64,000 nt of DNA from an uncultured Methanomicrobiales archaeon (GTDB taxonomy: Archaea > Halobacteriota > Methanomicrobia > Methanomicrobiales > Methanospirillaceae). The stretch lies in assembly GCA_963697895.1 (NCBI GenBank), contig OY969100.1:608001-672000 (forward strand), given 5' to 3'. The notes beneath the pieces were generated by a model. It saw nothing but the letters and a program-made list of their open reading frames with translations, made no database searches and was not told where the DNA came from. This document shows positions 29,472 through 39,840 of the stretch, in pieces (position 1 is the stretch's first letter; every line of letters begins with the position of its first letter). A program made the translations under genes and the position numbers.

Positions 29472-29969
29472 TTAATTAATAATATATACTATTATTGATA
29501 TTAATAAAATACCCATCCAAAATATTGGGAGGATCGATGAAAAAATCAGAATCGAATCTCTAACAGAAACATACCCCTCTTTTTTCCATTTCATTTTTAT
29601 ATTTGGATCCGTCGAAGAATGCTCGCGGAAAATATTTATATCCCCAATTGCGGATTCTTCTATTATTGCCAAGTCCTTTTCCCAATGAGATACCCACCAA
29701 CTGCCTCCTTTAGCGATAATATAGAGTATAATTGAAGAGAAAATGCCAAAAAAAATGATCATTAAATAAAGAATGAAATATTGCATAAGCAGTTCTCTAA
29801 ATGCACCAGCCACTACTGCTAACAATACACTTTGAAAAACCAAAAGCAAGTTTATTCGTGTCCACATCAACGTATTGTCCAAGTCTCGAAGTTGGAGCAA
29901 TTTATCATAAGCGAATCGGGCGTCTTTATGGTTATTTTCATTTAAATTATCAGAATTTTCTGTACTCAT
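29472..29969 (-). CDS. Small 3-TM membrane protein, RipA/Rip1-like architecture
   Basis: YDKLLQLRDLDNTLMWTRINLLLVFQSVLLA, TM2, W..DLAIIE, C-terminal TM. Confidence 0.6.
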   Translation of the reverse strand: MSTENSDNLNENNHKDARFAYDKLLQLRDLDNTLMWTRINLLLVFQSVLLAVVAGAFRELLMQYFILYLMIIFFGIFSSIILYIIAKGGSWWVSHWEKDLAIIEESAIGDINIFREHSSTDPNIKMKWKKEGYVSVRDSILIFSSILPIFWMGILLISIIVYIIN

Positions 29970-30164
29970 ATTTTTTAATCATTCATTATCCCATTAATTT
30001 TATCGTATTATTCTCAATAAGGAACGGAGTTCGTAATCCCGAAGCTCGGGGAAAGGAAAGGAACGCGCCTGATTTAGATTTCTTTCCCCAAGAGAAACAA
30101 CATTTTCTTTCGAACTTCAGAATCGTCATTACTGCTTTTAATAAATTAAAAGCCCTTTGAATAA

Positions 30165-30523
30165 TCATTTAAGCATTTTTTCATGTTTGAATATATCCGT
30201 TAAACTTTTTGCTGAAAATTCATCTTTCTTATTAATAATCGTTATTTGACTTATATTATAAGAATTGAAATTTGAGATATAAGTATTATTTCCGCAGGTG
30301 CAATTGACATTTTCATTTATTGTTGGGGCGTTATATAGCACTTCAAAATTATATAGACTATACCCAACCAAAACCAGAAGTACTAATAGATGATTTGATT
30401 TGGTGGTATTCTGGTGAAACTGAATTTGAACATAAATCTATGCCAGAACGCGAAAGATATGGTATTTGGGAGAAGCACTTCATACCTGCATGGATGCCTT
30501 TAAGGGAAAATCTTTTGAATTAA
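30165..30523. pseudogene. Gene fragments on both strands
   Basis: Short overlapping ORFs 30165-30371(-) and 30320-30523(+) lacking convincing starts. Confidence 0.3.
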
Positions 30524-30538
30524 AGCAATAAAATATTA

Positions 30539-30766
30539 TTAAAAAAATTCGTCTTTTTGTAAAACAAAAATTGAATAAATTATTGTTACGCTTGGTATTG
30601 TGGCAATAAGGGTCAAGGCCAAAAGAATTCTCGCAAATTCAGGATCGAAGTCACTAAAATAATAAGAAAACAATCCGAAAAATACGCCTAATATTGGAAT
30701 TGCAGCTAAAATATAAAAAGAATTGTTAAATTGATGCTCTCTTGGGGTCATCCTGATTATCGTCAT
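30539..30766 (-). CDS. Small 2-TM hypothetical protein or detached C-terminus of the upstream gene
   Basis: Two hydrophobic helices; overlaps the end of 30726-31616. Confidence 0.45.
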   Translation of the reverse strand: MTIIRMTPREHQFNNSFYILAAIPILGVFFGLFSYYFSDFDPEFARILLALTLIATIPSVTIIYSIFVLQKDEFF

Positions 30767-31616
30767 AGCAGACTACAATTACTGTTAGACTAATTGAACA
30801 AACAATTATACAAATATTTGATAAATTTCTACAAATATCTGCGATATTGTCATTAATTGAATTATTGTATATTATTGAAAGGCCAACTACAATGCCAACG
30901 ATTACAAAAAAAGAATTAAATAAATATGGTAACCATCGACTCATAGTTGCTCTCTTACAATATTTGTTAATATAATATCCTGAAAACAATGGTTTATAGG
31001 TTTCTAATTTTTGTGAAAAGATATTATAATGGTGGGCGATTTTTTCACCATGATATTCATACTCTTCCCATATTTTAGCAATATTGTCGCTTAAATCAGT
31101 TCTATGTTCATCCAAACTGTGATTAATTTCGGGTTCGTGCCTTCTGCTAAGTCGAAGATTATGATTCATGAAAATGGCTCTTTCAAGATTCTGAGAACTA
31201 TGGCTAAAACTCTCACAATAGTAATAAAATTCAAGTATGCTATCGAGGATTTTGTCTAATTTTACAAAGTAGCCATTATTTATAAAATTTTTAATTTCAT
31301 TGGTCGATAAATATTGATAATCATCTTTATATTCATTCGAATTGTCATGGATAACCCAAATATCAATTAATTTTCCGAAACCTATCCATTTTCTTTCTTG
31401 AATGGGTCGTTGTAGGTTATTTTCAAAAGTATTATTCATTTGTTCAATTTCATTTTGAATATTTTCTCTTTTAATTTTATCCCAATTATCATGAATTTCA
31501 CAATATAATCGTGCAAAATGTTTACAATATTTCAAGTATTCATAAAAAAAAATTGTGAAAATTGATGTCAATAACCCGATAAATAGTGAAGCAATAATCG
31601 CATATGGATCGATCAT
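30726..31616 (-). CDS. Hypothetical membrane-anchored protein
   Basis: 296-aa ORF in AT-rich DNA; N-terminal TM and two C-terminal TMs. Confidence 0.7.
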   Translation of the reverse strand: MIDPYAIIASLFIGLLTSIFTIFFYEYLKYCKHFARLYCEIHDNWDKIKRENIQNEIEQMNNTFENNLQRPIQERKWIGFGKLIDIWVIHDNSNEYKDDYQYLSTNEIKNFINNGYFVKLDKILDSILEFYYYCESFSHSSQNLERAIFMNHNLRLSRRHEPEINHSLDEHRTDLSDNIAKIWEEYEYHGEKIAHHYNIFSQKLETYKPLFSGYYINKYCKRATMSRWLPYLFNSFFVIVGIVVGLSIIYNNSINDNIADICRNLSNICIIVCSISLTVIVVCYDDNQDDPKRASI

Positions 31617-31700
31617 TAAAAACTACTGTCTTTTACCAATGATATAATAAAAGTGTGCCGTGTCAATATAGAATAAGGAATCGCACCATCACCGAAGAAG

Positions 31701-31775
<75 letters not shown>

Positions 31776-31855
31776 AAACGTGCTCTCTTTCATTTATTTT
31801 ACTGATAAAAATAGGTTGGGGTTCCGTCCCCCGGGAGATGTTTTATCCGGTTTCT

Positions 31856-32758
31856 TCAGTATATCGGGGTCCCTTCGCGCTCGGTGACCGTCTTGAAGGC
31901 CCCCATCAGCTGGCGGGTGATGGGGCCGGGTTTACCGGACCCGATGCTCCGGCCGTCGATGAGGACGATCGGGGCGACCTCTGCGGCGGTTCCGGTGACG
32001 AAGACCTCGTCGGCCGAGTACATGTCGTAGTACCCGAGGTTCTGCTCGAGGAGGGTGATGCCGAGCGACTTCGCGAGCTCGAGGACGACCGCACGGGTGA
32101 TCCCGCGGAGGTTGTTCAGGGTCGGCGGGGTGAAGATGACCCCGTTCTTGACGATGAAGATGTTGTCGCCGGATCCTTCCGACATGTACCCGTTGGTGTC
32201 GAAGAAGATCGCCTCGTCTCCGCCCTTGTAGTTCGCCTCGATCTTCCCGAGGATGTTGTTCAGGTAGTTTAGGCTCTTCACGTTCGGGGGGAGGGCGTCT
32301 GCCGGGTTTCTCCGGACCGAGACCGAGATCGCCTTCAGTCCCTTGTCGTACAGGTCGCCGTACATGGCGCCCCATTCGATGGCGATGATGATGACACTCG
32401 GCTTCGGGCACTTCCGCGGGTCGAGCCCGAGGTCGCCGACCCCGCGGGTGACGAGCGGACGGATGTACCCGTCCTTTAAGTTGTTCTTCCGGAGCGTCTC
32501 CTTGATCGCTTCGGTCATCTCCTCCTTGGAGATCGGCACGGCCAGGTCGATCGTCTTCGCTGAGTCGTAGAGCCGGTCCAGGTGCTCCTGGAGCCGGAAG
32601 ACCCTGCCGTTATACGCCCGGATGCCTTCAAAGACACCGTCCCCGTAGAGAAGACCGTGGTCGAAGACCGAGACCTTCGCCTGGTCTTTGTCGTAGAACC
32701 TCCCGTCGATGTAAATCTGCATGCCCAAGAGATTTGCGCTCATAGTATTTTTTTCCAA
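31856..32758 (-). CDS. ilvE: Branched-chain amino acid aminotransferase
   Basis: [47 protein letters not shown]. True start may be slightly downstream. Confidence 0.96.
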   Translation of the reverse strand: MEKNTMSANLLGMQIYIDGRFYDKDQAKVSVFDHGLLYGDGVFEGIRAYNGRVFRLQEHLDRLYDSAKTIDLAVPISKEEMTEAIKETLRKNNLKDGYIRPLVTRGVGDLGLDPRKCPKPSVIIIAIEWGAMYGDLYDKGLKAISVSVRRNPADALPPNVKSLNYLNNILGKIEANYKGGDEAIFFDTNGYMSEGSGDNIFIVKNGVIFTPPTLNNLRGITRAVVLELAKSLGITLLEQNLGYYDMYSADEVFVTGTAAEVAPIVLIDGRSIGSGKPGPITRQLMGAFKTVTEREGTPIY

Positions 32759-32854
32759 CGGGTTTTCATGCGGCCGAATGACCGGACGGGCCGTTCATCA
32801 TGCGCACAAAGGGTCACCGGGAAAAAGCCGGAGGTCCTGCCGGTTACCGTCTTT

Positions 32855-34235
32855 TCACGCCATCTTTTCCCGGCACCGGTCTACGAAATGCGCGAACATC
32901 GCCCGGCTGCTGACCGGGTGCAGGTGGGTGTAACTCCCGATCGTCCGGTCCCGCATGGCGCCGTCGAACCGGTCGCAGATCCCATACCCCCGGGAGAGGC
33001 AATAGGCATACTCCGTGTCTTTTGCAAGACGCACGTCGGAGTAGTGGAATTCATGCCCCCGGAACCAGGATGCCCCGACCGGGGAGTCCGCACGGCTGTT
33101 CCCCTCGACATAGGTGACCACCCGCCGGGCAGGCATGCGGGTCTCCCCGGAAAATACCCCGCACATATCGTACCGTTTCGCCGTCTCCCTGCCCTGCCAT
33201 CCGGGCTCGAGGATGATCGCATCCGTCAGGTACATCAGCCCCCCGCATTCCGCGTAAACAGGGGTGCCATTCCGCGAGATCTCCCGGACCGCCTCCCGCA
33301 TCCGACCGTTCTTCTCCAGCTCGTCCAGGAAGAGTTCCGGGTATCCCCCGCCGATTATGATACCCGTCGGCGTCGGGCAGCCGGTCATGGACGGGGCTGA
33401 ACGTGATGAACTCAGCGCCGAGTCCCCGGATGGTGTCGAAGAGGTCGGCATAATAAAAGTTGAACGCCTCGTCGAGCGCGATCGCGATCCGGGGAGTCCG
33501 GGAGTGAACGGCGCTCTCCGGGAGAACAGGTAGTTCCGGGGGGACATAATCTCCCGCACAGGAGAGGAGTTTTTCGATGGAGAGGTGCTGGCCGATGAAC
33601 CCGACCACGTCCTCAATCCGGCGGTCGAACTCCCCTCTCCCCGTCCCCTCGAGGTACGGGACCAGCCCGAGGTGGCGCATCGTCAGCTCCATCTCCGGGT
33701 GGCGCGGGATCGCACCGATGACCGGGATTTTGCAATAGTGTTCGACCGCGGTGACCGCCTTGTCGATATGCTGCTTCCCGCTCACGTTATTGAGGATCAC
33801 CCCCCGGATCTTCACCCCGGGATCGAACGCAGAGAATCCCTTGACGATCGCCGCCGCACTCCGGGTGATGCTCCGGGCGCTGACCACCAGGACCACGGGA
33901 AGATCGAGTGCCTTGGCGATCGAAGCCGTGCTCCCGGAATCCGTCAGGGCCTCGGCGCCTTCGAAGAGGCCCCGTACCCCTTCGACGAGCGCGATATCCG
34001 CACCCCGGCAGCCGTGATCGAAGATGGACCGGATATCCTGCGGGGCCATCACGAAACTGTCGAGGTTCCTGCAGGGCCGGCCGGTCACCCCCGTCAGGTA
34101 CGACGGGTCGATATAGTCCATCCCGACCTTGAACGTCTGGACGCTCCGGTCCCGGGAGAGGAGCGCGGCGATCGCGAGGGTGATGCTCGTCTTTCCGCTG
34201 CCGGACCGGTCGCCGGCGATCAGGAGGGTCTTCAT
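32855..34235 (-). CDS. cfbB: Ni-sirohydrochlorin a,c-diamide synthase, one frameshift near 33360
   Basis: GDRSGSGKT, FKVGMDYIDP, VEGVRGLFEG, MRHLGL; then GGGYPE, YAECGGLMYL, GHEFHYS, YTHLHP in the next frame. Lies in the cfb cluster. Confidence 0.9.
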
Positions 34236-35311
34236 CGCATCGCCCTCAACACGGCGCCGAACTCGCTCTCCTGGATCGACCGGACCCCGAGGGTCTTCGG
34301 GTGGAGGTCGACTTCCACGACCACGTGCCGGTGCCCGAGTTCCCGGAGCGGTTCCACCTGGCGGGGGCCGTTCGTTATGGAGAAACACTCCACCCCGTCG
34401 GTATACCTGGGAGGAATCGCGTGCGGGACCCCGACCAGGAGGGCAAACGCAGGCGCCCGGTCTCTGATCCGCTGGCCGAGGGTATCGCCGAGAGCACCGT
34501 ATTCATCGAGGGCGCCGCAGAGCTCCGGGCAGACTCCCCGCCGGTTCATCTCCTCCGCGATCCGTGCGGCATCCGCCCTCACCTTGGGCAGGCCGCGGGC
34601 TTCACAGTTCGCGATGTACGTGATATCTGCTCCGGGGCAGACATCATGGAGCGCGATCAGTTCGTCGGCGAACATGTAGGCCGTCTCCTTCTTCGCGTTC
34701 AGGATGGCGATCCCCCGTTCCCCGCAACCCGCGACCTCGAGGAGGCGCCGGGCGACGAGATGCTTGAGGTCTCCCCGGGAGGGTTCGATGTACGGCCGGG
34801 ATGCGGCCCCCCGTTCCCGTTCCACCTCGTTTGCCTTTGCAAGGCAGAACTTCTGCCGGTCGAGCTCCTCCTCGCTGATCCACCCGGCATCGGCCGCCGC
34901 CACGAGCGTTGCAATCACCCCTTCGATATTTTCGGGATACCCGGCATGGATATCGACCGCGATCGTGGGCGTGGAGATACCCGCCATCTCGATCGCCGAT
35001 GCCAGGTCCTCCCCGATGATCATCGAGACGCAGGTCCCGACGACCGCCATCCTCCGGGGTGAGAACTCGCGTTCGGCGTAATTGAGGACATCCTCGAGTG
35101 ATCGCTGACCCCCGAAGATAAACTCGTTGTCCGCCAGGGAGGTGGTCAGGACATGCATCCCGTCCTCTTCCAGGAGGCGGGCATGCTTGAACGAGCACCC
35201 GGACGGCCCGTGCAGGATCGCCACATCGACCTCGAGGTCGCGAGCCGTGTACAGAGCGGCAACGATGGAACTCGGGCGGGGCTGCATGTATTTCATGGGT
35301 TTCACCGCCAT
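34232..35311 (-). CDS. cfbD: Ni-sirohydrochlorin a,c-diamide reductive cyclase catalytic subunit (NflD)
   Basis: PRPSSIVAALY, HGPSGC, GTCVSMIIGED, TNGPRQV, EVDLHPKTLG. Confidence 0.95.
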   Translation of the reverse strand: MAVKPMKYMQPRPSSIVAALYTARDLEVDVAILHGPSGCSFKHARLLEEDGMHVLTTSLADNEFIFGGQRSLEDVLNYAEREFSPRRMAVVGTCVSMIIGEDLASAIEMAGISTPTIAVDIHAGYPENIEGVIATLVAAADAGWISEEELDRQKFCLAKANEVERERGAASRPYIEPSRGDLKHLVARRLLEVAGCGERGIAILNAKKETAYMFADELIALHDVCPGADITYIANCEARGLPKVRADAARIAEEMNRRGVCPELCGALDEYGALGDTLGQRIRDRAPAFALLVGVPHAIPPRYTDGVECFSITNGPRQVEPLRELGHRHVVVEVDLHPKTLGVRSIQESEFGAVLRAMR

Positions 35312-36471
35312 GTCTTCACCGCGAGGAGGATGGAACCGGATCGGGTGACCGACCGGGCGATCTCATACCCTTCCCGGAGGTTTGGGACCGGGTGAACTCC
35401 GGGCAGTTCAGGGAGTTCCTCTCCGACAAGGATCACACGGGCGGGCCGGATATTCCGGATCGCAAGATCGATCTCGTCGGCGGGAAATCCTTCGCAGACC
35501 GCGTGCGCTTCCATGCCGATGACCAGGGTCAGTTCTTCTTTACCCGAAAGTTTCCGGGCATATGCCGCGGCATCTTCGGTCGTCCTCCGGTTGGTCCCCG
35601 AGTTCGCATTATCCAGAACCAGGACATCTCCGACGCGGGATGTGGACCACCTCCCCTCCAGCGGGGGGAAGGTCTCCAGCCCGGATGGGTCGATACCGAG
35701 GATACTGGCTGCAGCGGCGGCGAGCAGGAGCGGATCACGGTAAGCCTCGAGGACGAGGAGCGGTGATGAGAACGTCCCCGTCTTCCCGTTCATCCGGTAC
35801 GTGCAGACCCCGTCGGCAGAACGGACAATATCCCCGGGTGCATGAGTGTGCTGACCCCGGGCTTCAACACCCGGGGCGACGAGAAGTTCCTTACATACCT
35901 CTGCCGAACGGATCTTCTCTGCGAGCGCCTGTTTCATACCACCCGCAAAGGAGTAGTCTTCGGCTGAAGTGATGATCCCGAGGGTGCAGGCACCCGTAAG
36001 ACCGAGGGAGACTTCTGCGATACACCATCCGCCCATCTCCCGTGCATACCGGGCCGCCGGAATCAGTGAGGCGGGGGTGATGCTCTTCCGCCAGAGAAGC
36101 CGTTTATCCGGGTAGAGGAACGTTCCTTTAGACGTATGCAGTACTCCCGGACCGTTCATCAGGTGTGCGAGGGCATGGGCGGTGGTGGTCTTTCCCCGGG
36201 CCCCCGTGATCTCGATCAACGTCTCAGGGAGATCTTCCCCGAGGATCCACCGAACCGCCTGGTGGTGGGTGATCCGGGGACCCTCGACCGAGCGAAGGAC
36301 AGGATTTCCGGGATCGAGATGGACGGGGGAGATGACGAGGTCGTACTGCCGTGCGATGGCGGGCTCACCGCCCCGATATACCTCCACGAGGTCCACCCGG
36401 TGGCCCGTCCCGCGGAGGATCCCGGCAAGCTCCTGCCCACCGTGGATCGCGTCAAGCACCAGGATATCCAT
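35302..36471 (-). CDS. cfbE: Coenzyme F430 synthase (Mur-ligase-like)
   Basis: VLDAIHGG, SPVHLDP, EITGARGKTTT, EVSLG, DNANSG, VCEG, LAVKTWR. Confidence 0.93.
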   Translation of the reverse strand: MDILVLDAIHGGQELAGILRGTGHRVDLVEVYRGGEPAIARQYDLVISPVHLDPGNPVLRSVEGPRITHHQAVRWILGEDLPETLIEITGARGKTTTAHALAHLMNGPGVLHTSKGTFLYPDKRLLWRKSITPASLIPAARYAREMGGWCIAEVSLGLTGACTLGIITSAEDYSFAGGMKQALAEKIRSAEVCKELLVAPGVEARGQHTHAPGDIVRSADGVCTYRMNGKTGTFSSPLLVLEAYRDPLLLAAAAASILGIDPSGLETFPPLEGRWSTSRVGDVLVLDNANSGTNRRTTEDAAAYARKLSGKEELTLVIGMEAHAVCEGFPADEIDLAIRNIRPARVILVGEELPELPGVHPVPNLREGYEIARSVTRSGSILLAVKTWR

Positions 36472-36479
36472 GGGAGGGT

Positions 36480-36881
36480 TCAGGTGGATGAGAGCGCCTT
36501 CTGTGCATTCTTCACCATCAGTTCCGCCAGGAGCGGGTCGCTCCCGATCGGATCGGCGTAGAGGAGGGGGATAGTACTTCCATTTTTTCCAAACGTCCCT
36601 TTATTATGGCCTTCGGGAAGCCCGATGAGTGCCGGGATGTCTTTTAAGATATGCACCCCCTTTGCAAGAAAGAGCGGCACGACCACGAGGGTATCGATCG
36701 GCTCTTTCCGGAACTCTGCAAGGCTTTCTTCGATAGATGGTGAATTCATATTCATAAAAGCGCATTTCACGATGAAATCCGGGTGTTGCTTTGCGATCAG
36801 CCGGCCGGTTGATTCGACAAGCTCCTTGTTATACGGGAGTTTGCTGCCATGGCCCACCAGTAACATTCCCTTCGTACTCAT
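36480..36881 (-). CDS. cfbA: Sirohydrochlorin nickelochelatase
   Basis: LVGHGSKLPYN, VPLFLAKGVHILKDIP, PIGSDP; head of the cfb operon. Confidence 0.93.
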   Translation of the reverse strand: MSTKGMLLVGHGSKLPYNKELVESTGRLIAKQHPDFIVKCAFMNMNSPSIEESLAEFRKEPIDTLVVVPLFLAKGVHILKDIPALIGLPEGHNKGTFGKNGSTIPLLYADPIGSDPLLAELMVKNAQKALSST

Positions 36882-36989
36882 ATGCTACTATGTATTACGG
36901 GAGATTTTAAAACTCTTACCAATTCTCCTGAAAAGACAGATATTACACCCGTACCGCGTTCATAACCCCGGCCTTACCCCATTTTTGTT

Positions 36990-37112
36990 ATCCCGGAGAT
37001 CCTTCATACCTCTTCCATCCCGGAGATCCTTCATACCTCTTCCATCCCGGAGATCCTTCATACCTCTTCCATCCCGGAGATCCTTCATACCTCTTCCATC
37101 CCGGAGATCCTT
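36990..37112. repeat. Perfect 27-bp tandem repeat, about 4.5 copies
   Basis: Unit ATCCCGGAGATCCTTCATACCTCTTCC at 36990, 37017, 37044 and 37071, partial at 37098. Confidence 0.95.
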
Positions 37113-37332
37113 TATTACCCCTGCATCACTCCTGTTCGATCATCCCTGCTTTCCCTCATAACCTCCGCGTCCTCTCCTTCGTCGGCTCTCCCCCTCATCG
37201 ATGGTTTAGCTGCTCCTATTAACCGGCAGGAATCCGGTTGCATCTTTTTATATCCATGAAAAGTCAAAATTATAGGAATATCATTCTCAGGACGACCGGA
37301 TAGACTATCGGGTGTGGCCAGGGTTTTGAGGC

Positions 37333-38475
37333 ATGGATCACATGGAACAGAATGACCGATTCGGATTGATTATAAATGGCCGCATCATAAGAACGCCGGT
37401 CGCAATCGCATCCATGGCGGGTGTGGTGGATGCCGGGTATGTTCTCGCGCGGGCAAATCATATCGGAGCCGCGTTCATCGGCGGATACTCGATCGACAGG
37501 GAGACGCTTGATGCATCGAAGCTGGTCGCATCGCAGGGCAGGGCAGAATTTCTCTGCGAAGACCCGATAGAGGAACTGGATCGGCAGATCGGAAAGATGA
37601 GCGAAAGCGATCTGGTGACCGGGATCAATCTCCGCGGGAGTTCGCCCGCATCCTACGCACGGGTCGCGGAATCATTCGGCGATGCAGTCGTATACGAGAT
37701 CGATGCCCATTGCCGGCAGCAACCCTTTATCGATGCAGGATCCGGGGAACACCTCCTGAAGCACCCCGGAGCGCTCGTGGAGATCATCAGGGCCTTGAAA
37801 AAGGAGGATGTGACCGTCTCGGTGAAGATGAGGGCAGGGGTCTCCGAGGATGACCGGCTCCTCTCCCGGAAATGCTGGCGTGCCGGGGCCGATATCCTCC
37901 ATATCGACCTTATGGACTTCGGTTCGGCCAGGCTCCGCCAGATACGGAACAGCTCTCCGGTCATCCTTATCGCCAATAACGGAATATACACCTTTGATCG
38001 CATGAAAGAGATGTTCTCCCACGGGGCAGATCTCGTCTCCATCGCCCGGAGGTCCGACGAACGGACGCTGGCCGGTCTCGATGCGGCAATAACCCGGTTT
38101 GCGGACGAGCACGGCTGGTATAATTCACCCAAACAGCTCTGCAGGGGAGGGGACATCCGGGCACTCGCATTCTGCTGCATGCCGGTGAAGAGCTGCCCGC
38201 TGATCCCGACCCTGGAACGGCTGGGTATTTCAAAGGAGGAGTACATGCAGCTGAAATGCGAAGCGGTCCGCGGATCCCCCCTGGAGGAGGGAAAACAGAC
38301 CTGTTTTGGCAGTCTTGCATGGTGCTGCAAAGACTCCTCGCCCTGTATGTTCCGGGATATGACCATCCGGCAGGCGGGGATGACCTCCCGCGAGTACATG
38401 CAGCTCAAGCACCGGTTATCCGACCAGATCATCCACCATATCTTCTATGATCACCCCTCTGACGACGCGTGCTGA
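37333..38475 (+). CDS. Methanogenesis marker protein 9 (MJ0144-like TIM barrel + Cys-rich domain)
   Basis: ASMAG, EIDAHCRQ, IANNG, SPKQLCRGGDIRALAFCCMPVKSC, TCFGSLAWCCK. Confidence 0.9.
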   Translation: MDHMEQNDRFGLIINGRIIRTPVAIASMAGVVDAGYVLARANHIGAAFIGGYSIDRETLDASKLVASQGRAEFLCEDPIEELDRQIGKMSESDLVTGINLRGSSPASYARVAESFGDAVVYEIDAHCRQQPFIDAGSGEHLLKHPGALVEIIRALKKEDVTVSVKMRAGVSEDDRLLSRKCWRAGADILHIDLMDFGSARLRQIRNSSPVILIANNGIYTFDRMKEMFSHGADLVSIARRSDERTLAGLDAAITRFADEHGWYNSPKQLCRGGDIRALAFCCMPVKSCPLIPTLERLGISKEEYMQLKCEAVRGSPLEEGKQTCFGSLAWCCKDSSPCMFRDMTIRQAGMTSREYMQLKHRLSDQIIHHIFYDHPSDDAC

Positions 38476-39268
38476 GCGGGCGCAGCTCGCCATGATGCTG
38501 GAAGTCACCGCATTCCCCAAACCCGGCAATGTCGATCGTTGCCACGACTACGAGACCACCTATCTCGAACATTTTCTTGCCTCGACCATCCTGGTCCGGC
38601 CTGCGTTCGAGCGGGCGGAGCGCGAGAAAGGCCATATCGGGGAAAGAATCCGCGAAGCGGTCGCGCTGACCAGTGTTCATGCGGGAGGAAACACCCATTT
38701 CGGGGCGTTCATCCTCCTCGTCCCCCTGGTGATGGGAGAAGATGTTCCCGGCGCCCTCGGGTTAATTGAACGCACCACGGTCGAGGATGCGATCGCATTC
38801 TACCAGGCGTTCGCGGAGACGGAGGTGCGGATACTCGATGAAGACGAGCTCGATGTGCATGATCCCCGTGCGATTGAAACGATAAAACGGCAGAATGTCA
38901 CGCTCCTCGATGTGATGCGCCATTCTGCAGCCAATGATATGGTCGCCCGGGAATGGATCAACGGGTTCGCCCTTACCCGTGCGGGGGTGGACCACCTCAA
39001 GCGTCACGGAAGCGGGCGGGATGCGATCGTCGGAGCGTTCCTCGACCTTCTCGCGACCGAACCGGACACGTTCATCATAAAAAAGCATGGCCGGGATGTC
39101 GCCATGAAAACGATGATGCATGCCCGTGAGGTGATCGAAGGGACCCGCGATCTCGCACTCTTCGACGAGCAGTGCATCCTTGCGGGGGTCAACCCCGGAT
39201 CCATGGCAGATATTATCATCGCCGCTGTCTATATCGCACTGGGTGAGGGCTGGCGATGGGAATCCTGA
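38447..39268 (+). CDS. CitG-family triphosphoribosyl-dephospho-CoA synthase-like protein
   Basis: LEVTAFPKPGNVDR, GNTHFG, DTFIIKKHG, NPGSMAD. Confidence 0.88.
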   Translation: MITPLTTRAERAQLAMMLEVTAFPKPGNVDRCHDYETTYLEHFLASTILVRPAFERAEREKGHIGERIREAVALTSVHAGGNTHFGAFILLVPLVMGEDVPGALGLIERTTVEDAIAFYQAFAETEVRILDEDELDVHDPRAIETIKRQNVTLLDVMRHSAANDMVAREWINGFALTRAGVDHLKRHGSGRDAIVGAFLDLLATEPDTFIIKKHGRDVAMKTMMHAREVIEGTRDLALFDEQCILAGVNPGSMADIIIAAVYIALGEGWRWES

Positions 39269-39831
39269 AAGAAGGAATCACCGAGGTCATCGCCACGACA
39301 CGGGGAAACGCCGCACCCATGGGTATCATTCTCCGGGACGCCGAGGCACGGATGATAGTGTACCGGGAGAGCCACACGGCCGCACGAATCGCCGCGGAGG
39401 GGTGGCTCGTGGCAAATGTTATCTTCGACCCTTTTTTGTACGTGAAAACGGCATTCGGGGATCTCCCCCCGGACTTTTTCACCCGGGAAGAGGCGGGCGG
39501 TTTTGTTTTCGAACGACTGACCGATGCCGAGGCCTGGATTGGATTCCGGGCAGACGTTGAGCGTATCTCTTCCGAGGCGCTCTTCGTACGGCTGCACCCC
39601 GTACACGAGGAGATCTGTCTCCCTGGTATTCACCCCGTAAACCGTGGATTTAACAGCATCATCGAGGCCACTATTCACGCGACCCGCTGGAGGAGGAACC
39701 GTAACCCGGAACTTGCCCGCCTGATCGCGCATCATGCGACAATCGTCCGGAAATGCGGAGGCAAACGGGAATCAGAGGCACTTGCGCTCCTCCTATCGTA
39801 TGTACCCGATCTCCCGGAGAATAAAAAATAA
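39256..39831 (+). CDS. DUF447 family protein
   Basis: EVIATT, NAAPMGI, SHT, NRGFNSIIEATIHATR, KCGG. Confidence 0.85.
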   Translation: MGILKEGITEVIATTRGNAAPMGIILRDAEARMIVYRESHTAARIAAEGWLVANVIFDPFLYVKTAFGDLPPDFFTREEAGGFVFERLTDAEAWIGFRADVERISSEALFVRLHPVHEEICLPGIHPVNRGFNSIIEATIHATRWRRNRNPELARLIAHHATIVRKCGGKRESEALALLLSYVPDLPENKK

Positions 39832-39840
39832 TCTGTCCAC

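Larger units (their letters stand above)
25081..31700. mobile_element. AT-rich horizontally acquired island (defence-like) abutting the tRNA-Glu 3' end
   Basis: Abrupt drop in GC between 25081 and the tRNA; nuclease/HEPN cargo. No integrase or att duplication seen in the window. Confidence 0.7.

Noticed and set aside
30021-30050. GGAGTTCGTAATCCCG as a tRNA 3' fragment (att site) of the island
   Set aside because: It does not match the tRNA-Glu T-arm/acceptor sequence and is in the wrong orientation.
31856-35311. Higher-GC stretch (ilvE-cfbD) as a foreign island
   Set aside because: The genes are core methanogen functions in a normal operon with no mobility signals.
36990-37112. 27-bp repeats as a CRISPR array
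   Set aside because: The units are directly adjacent with no spacers, and no cas genes are present.
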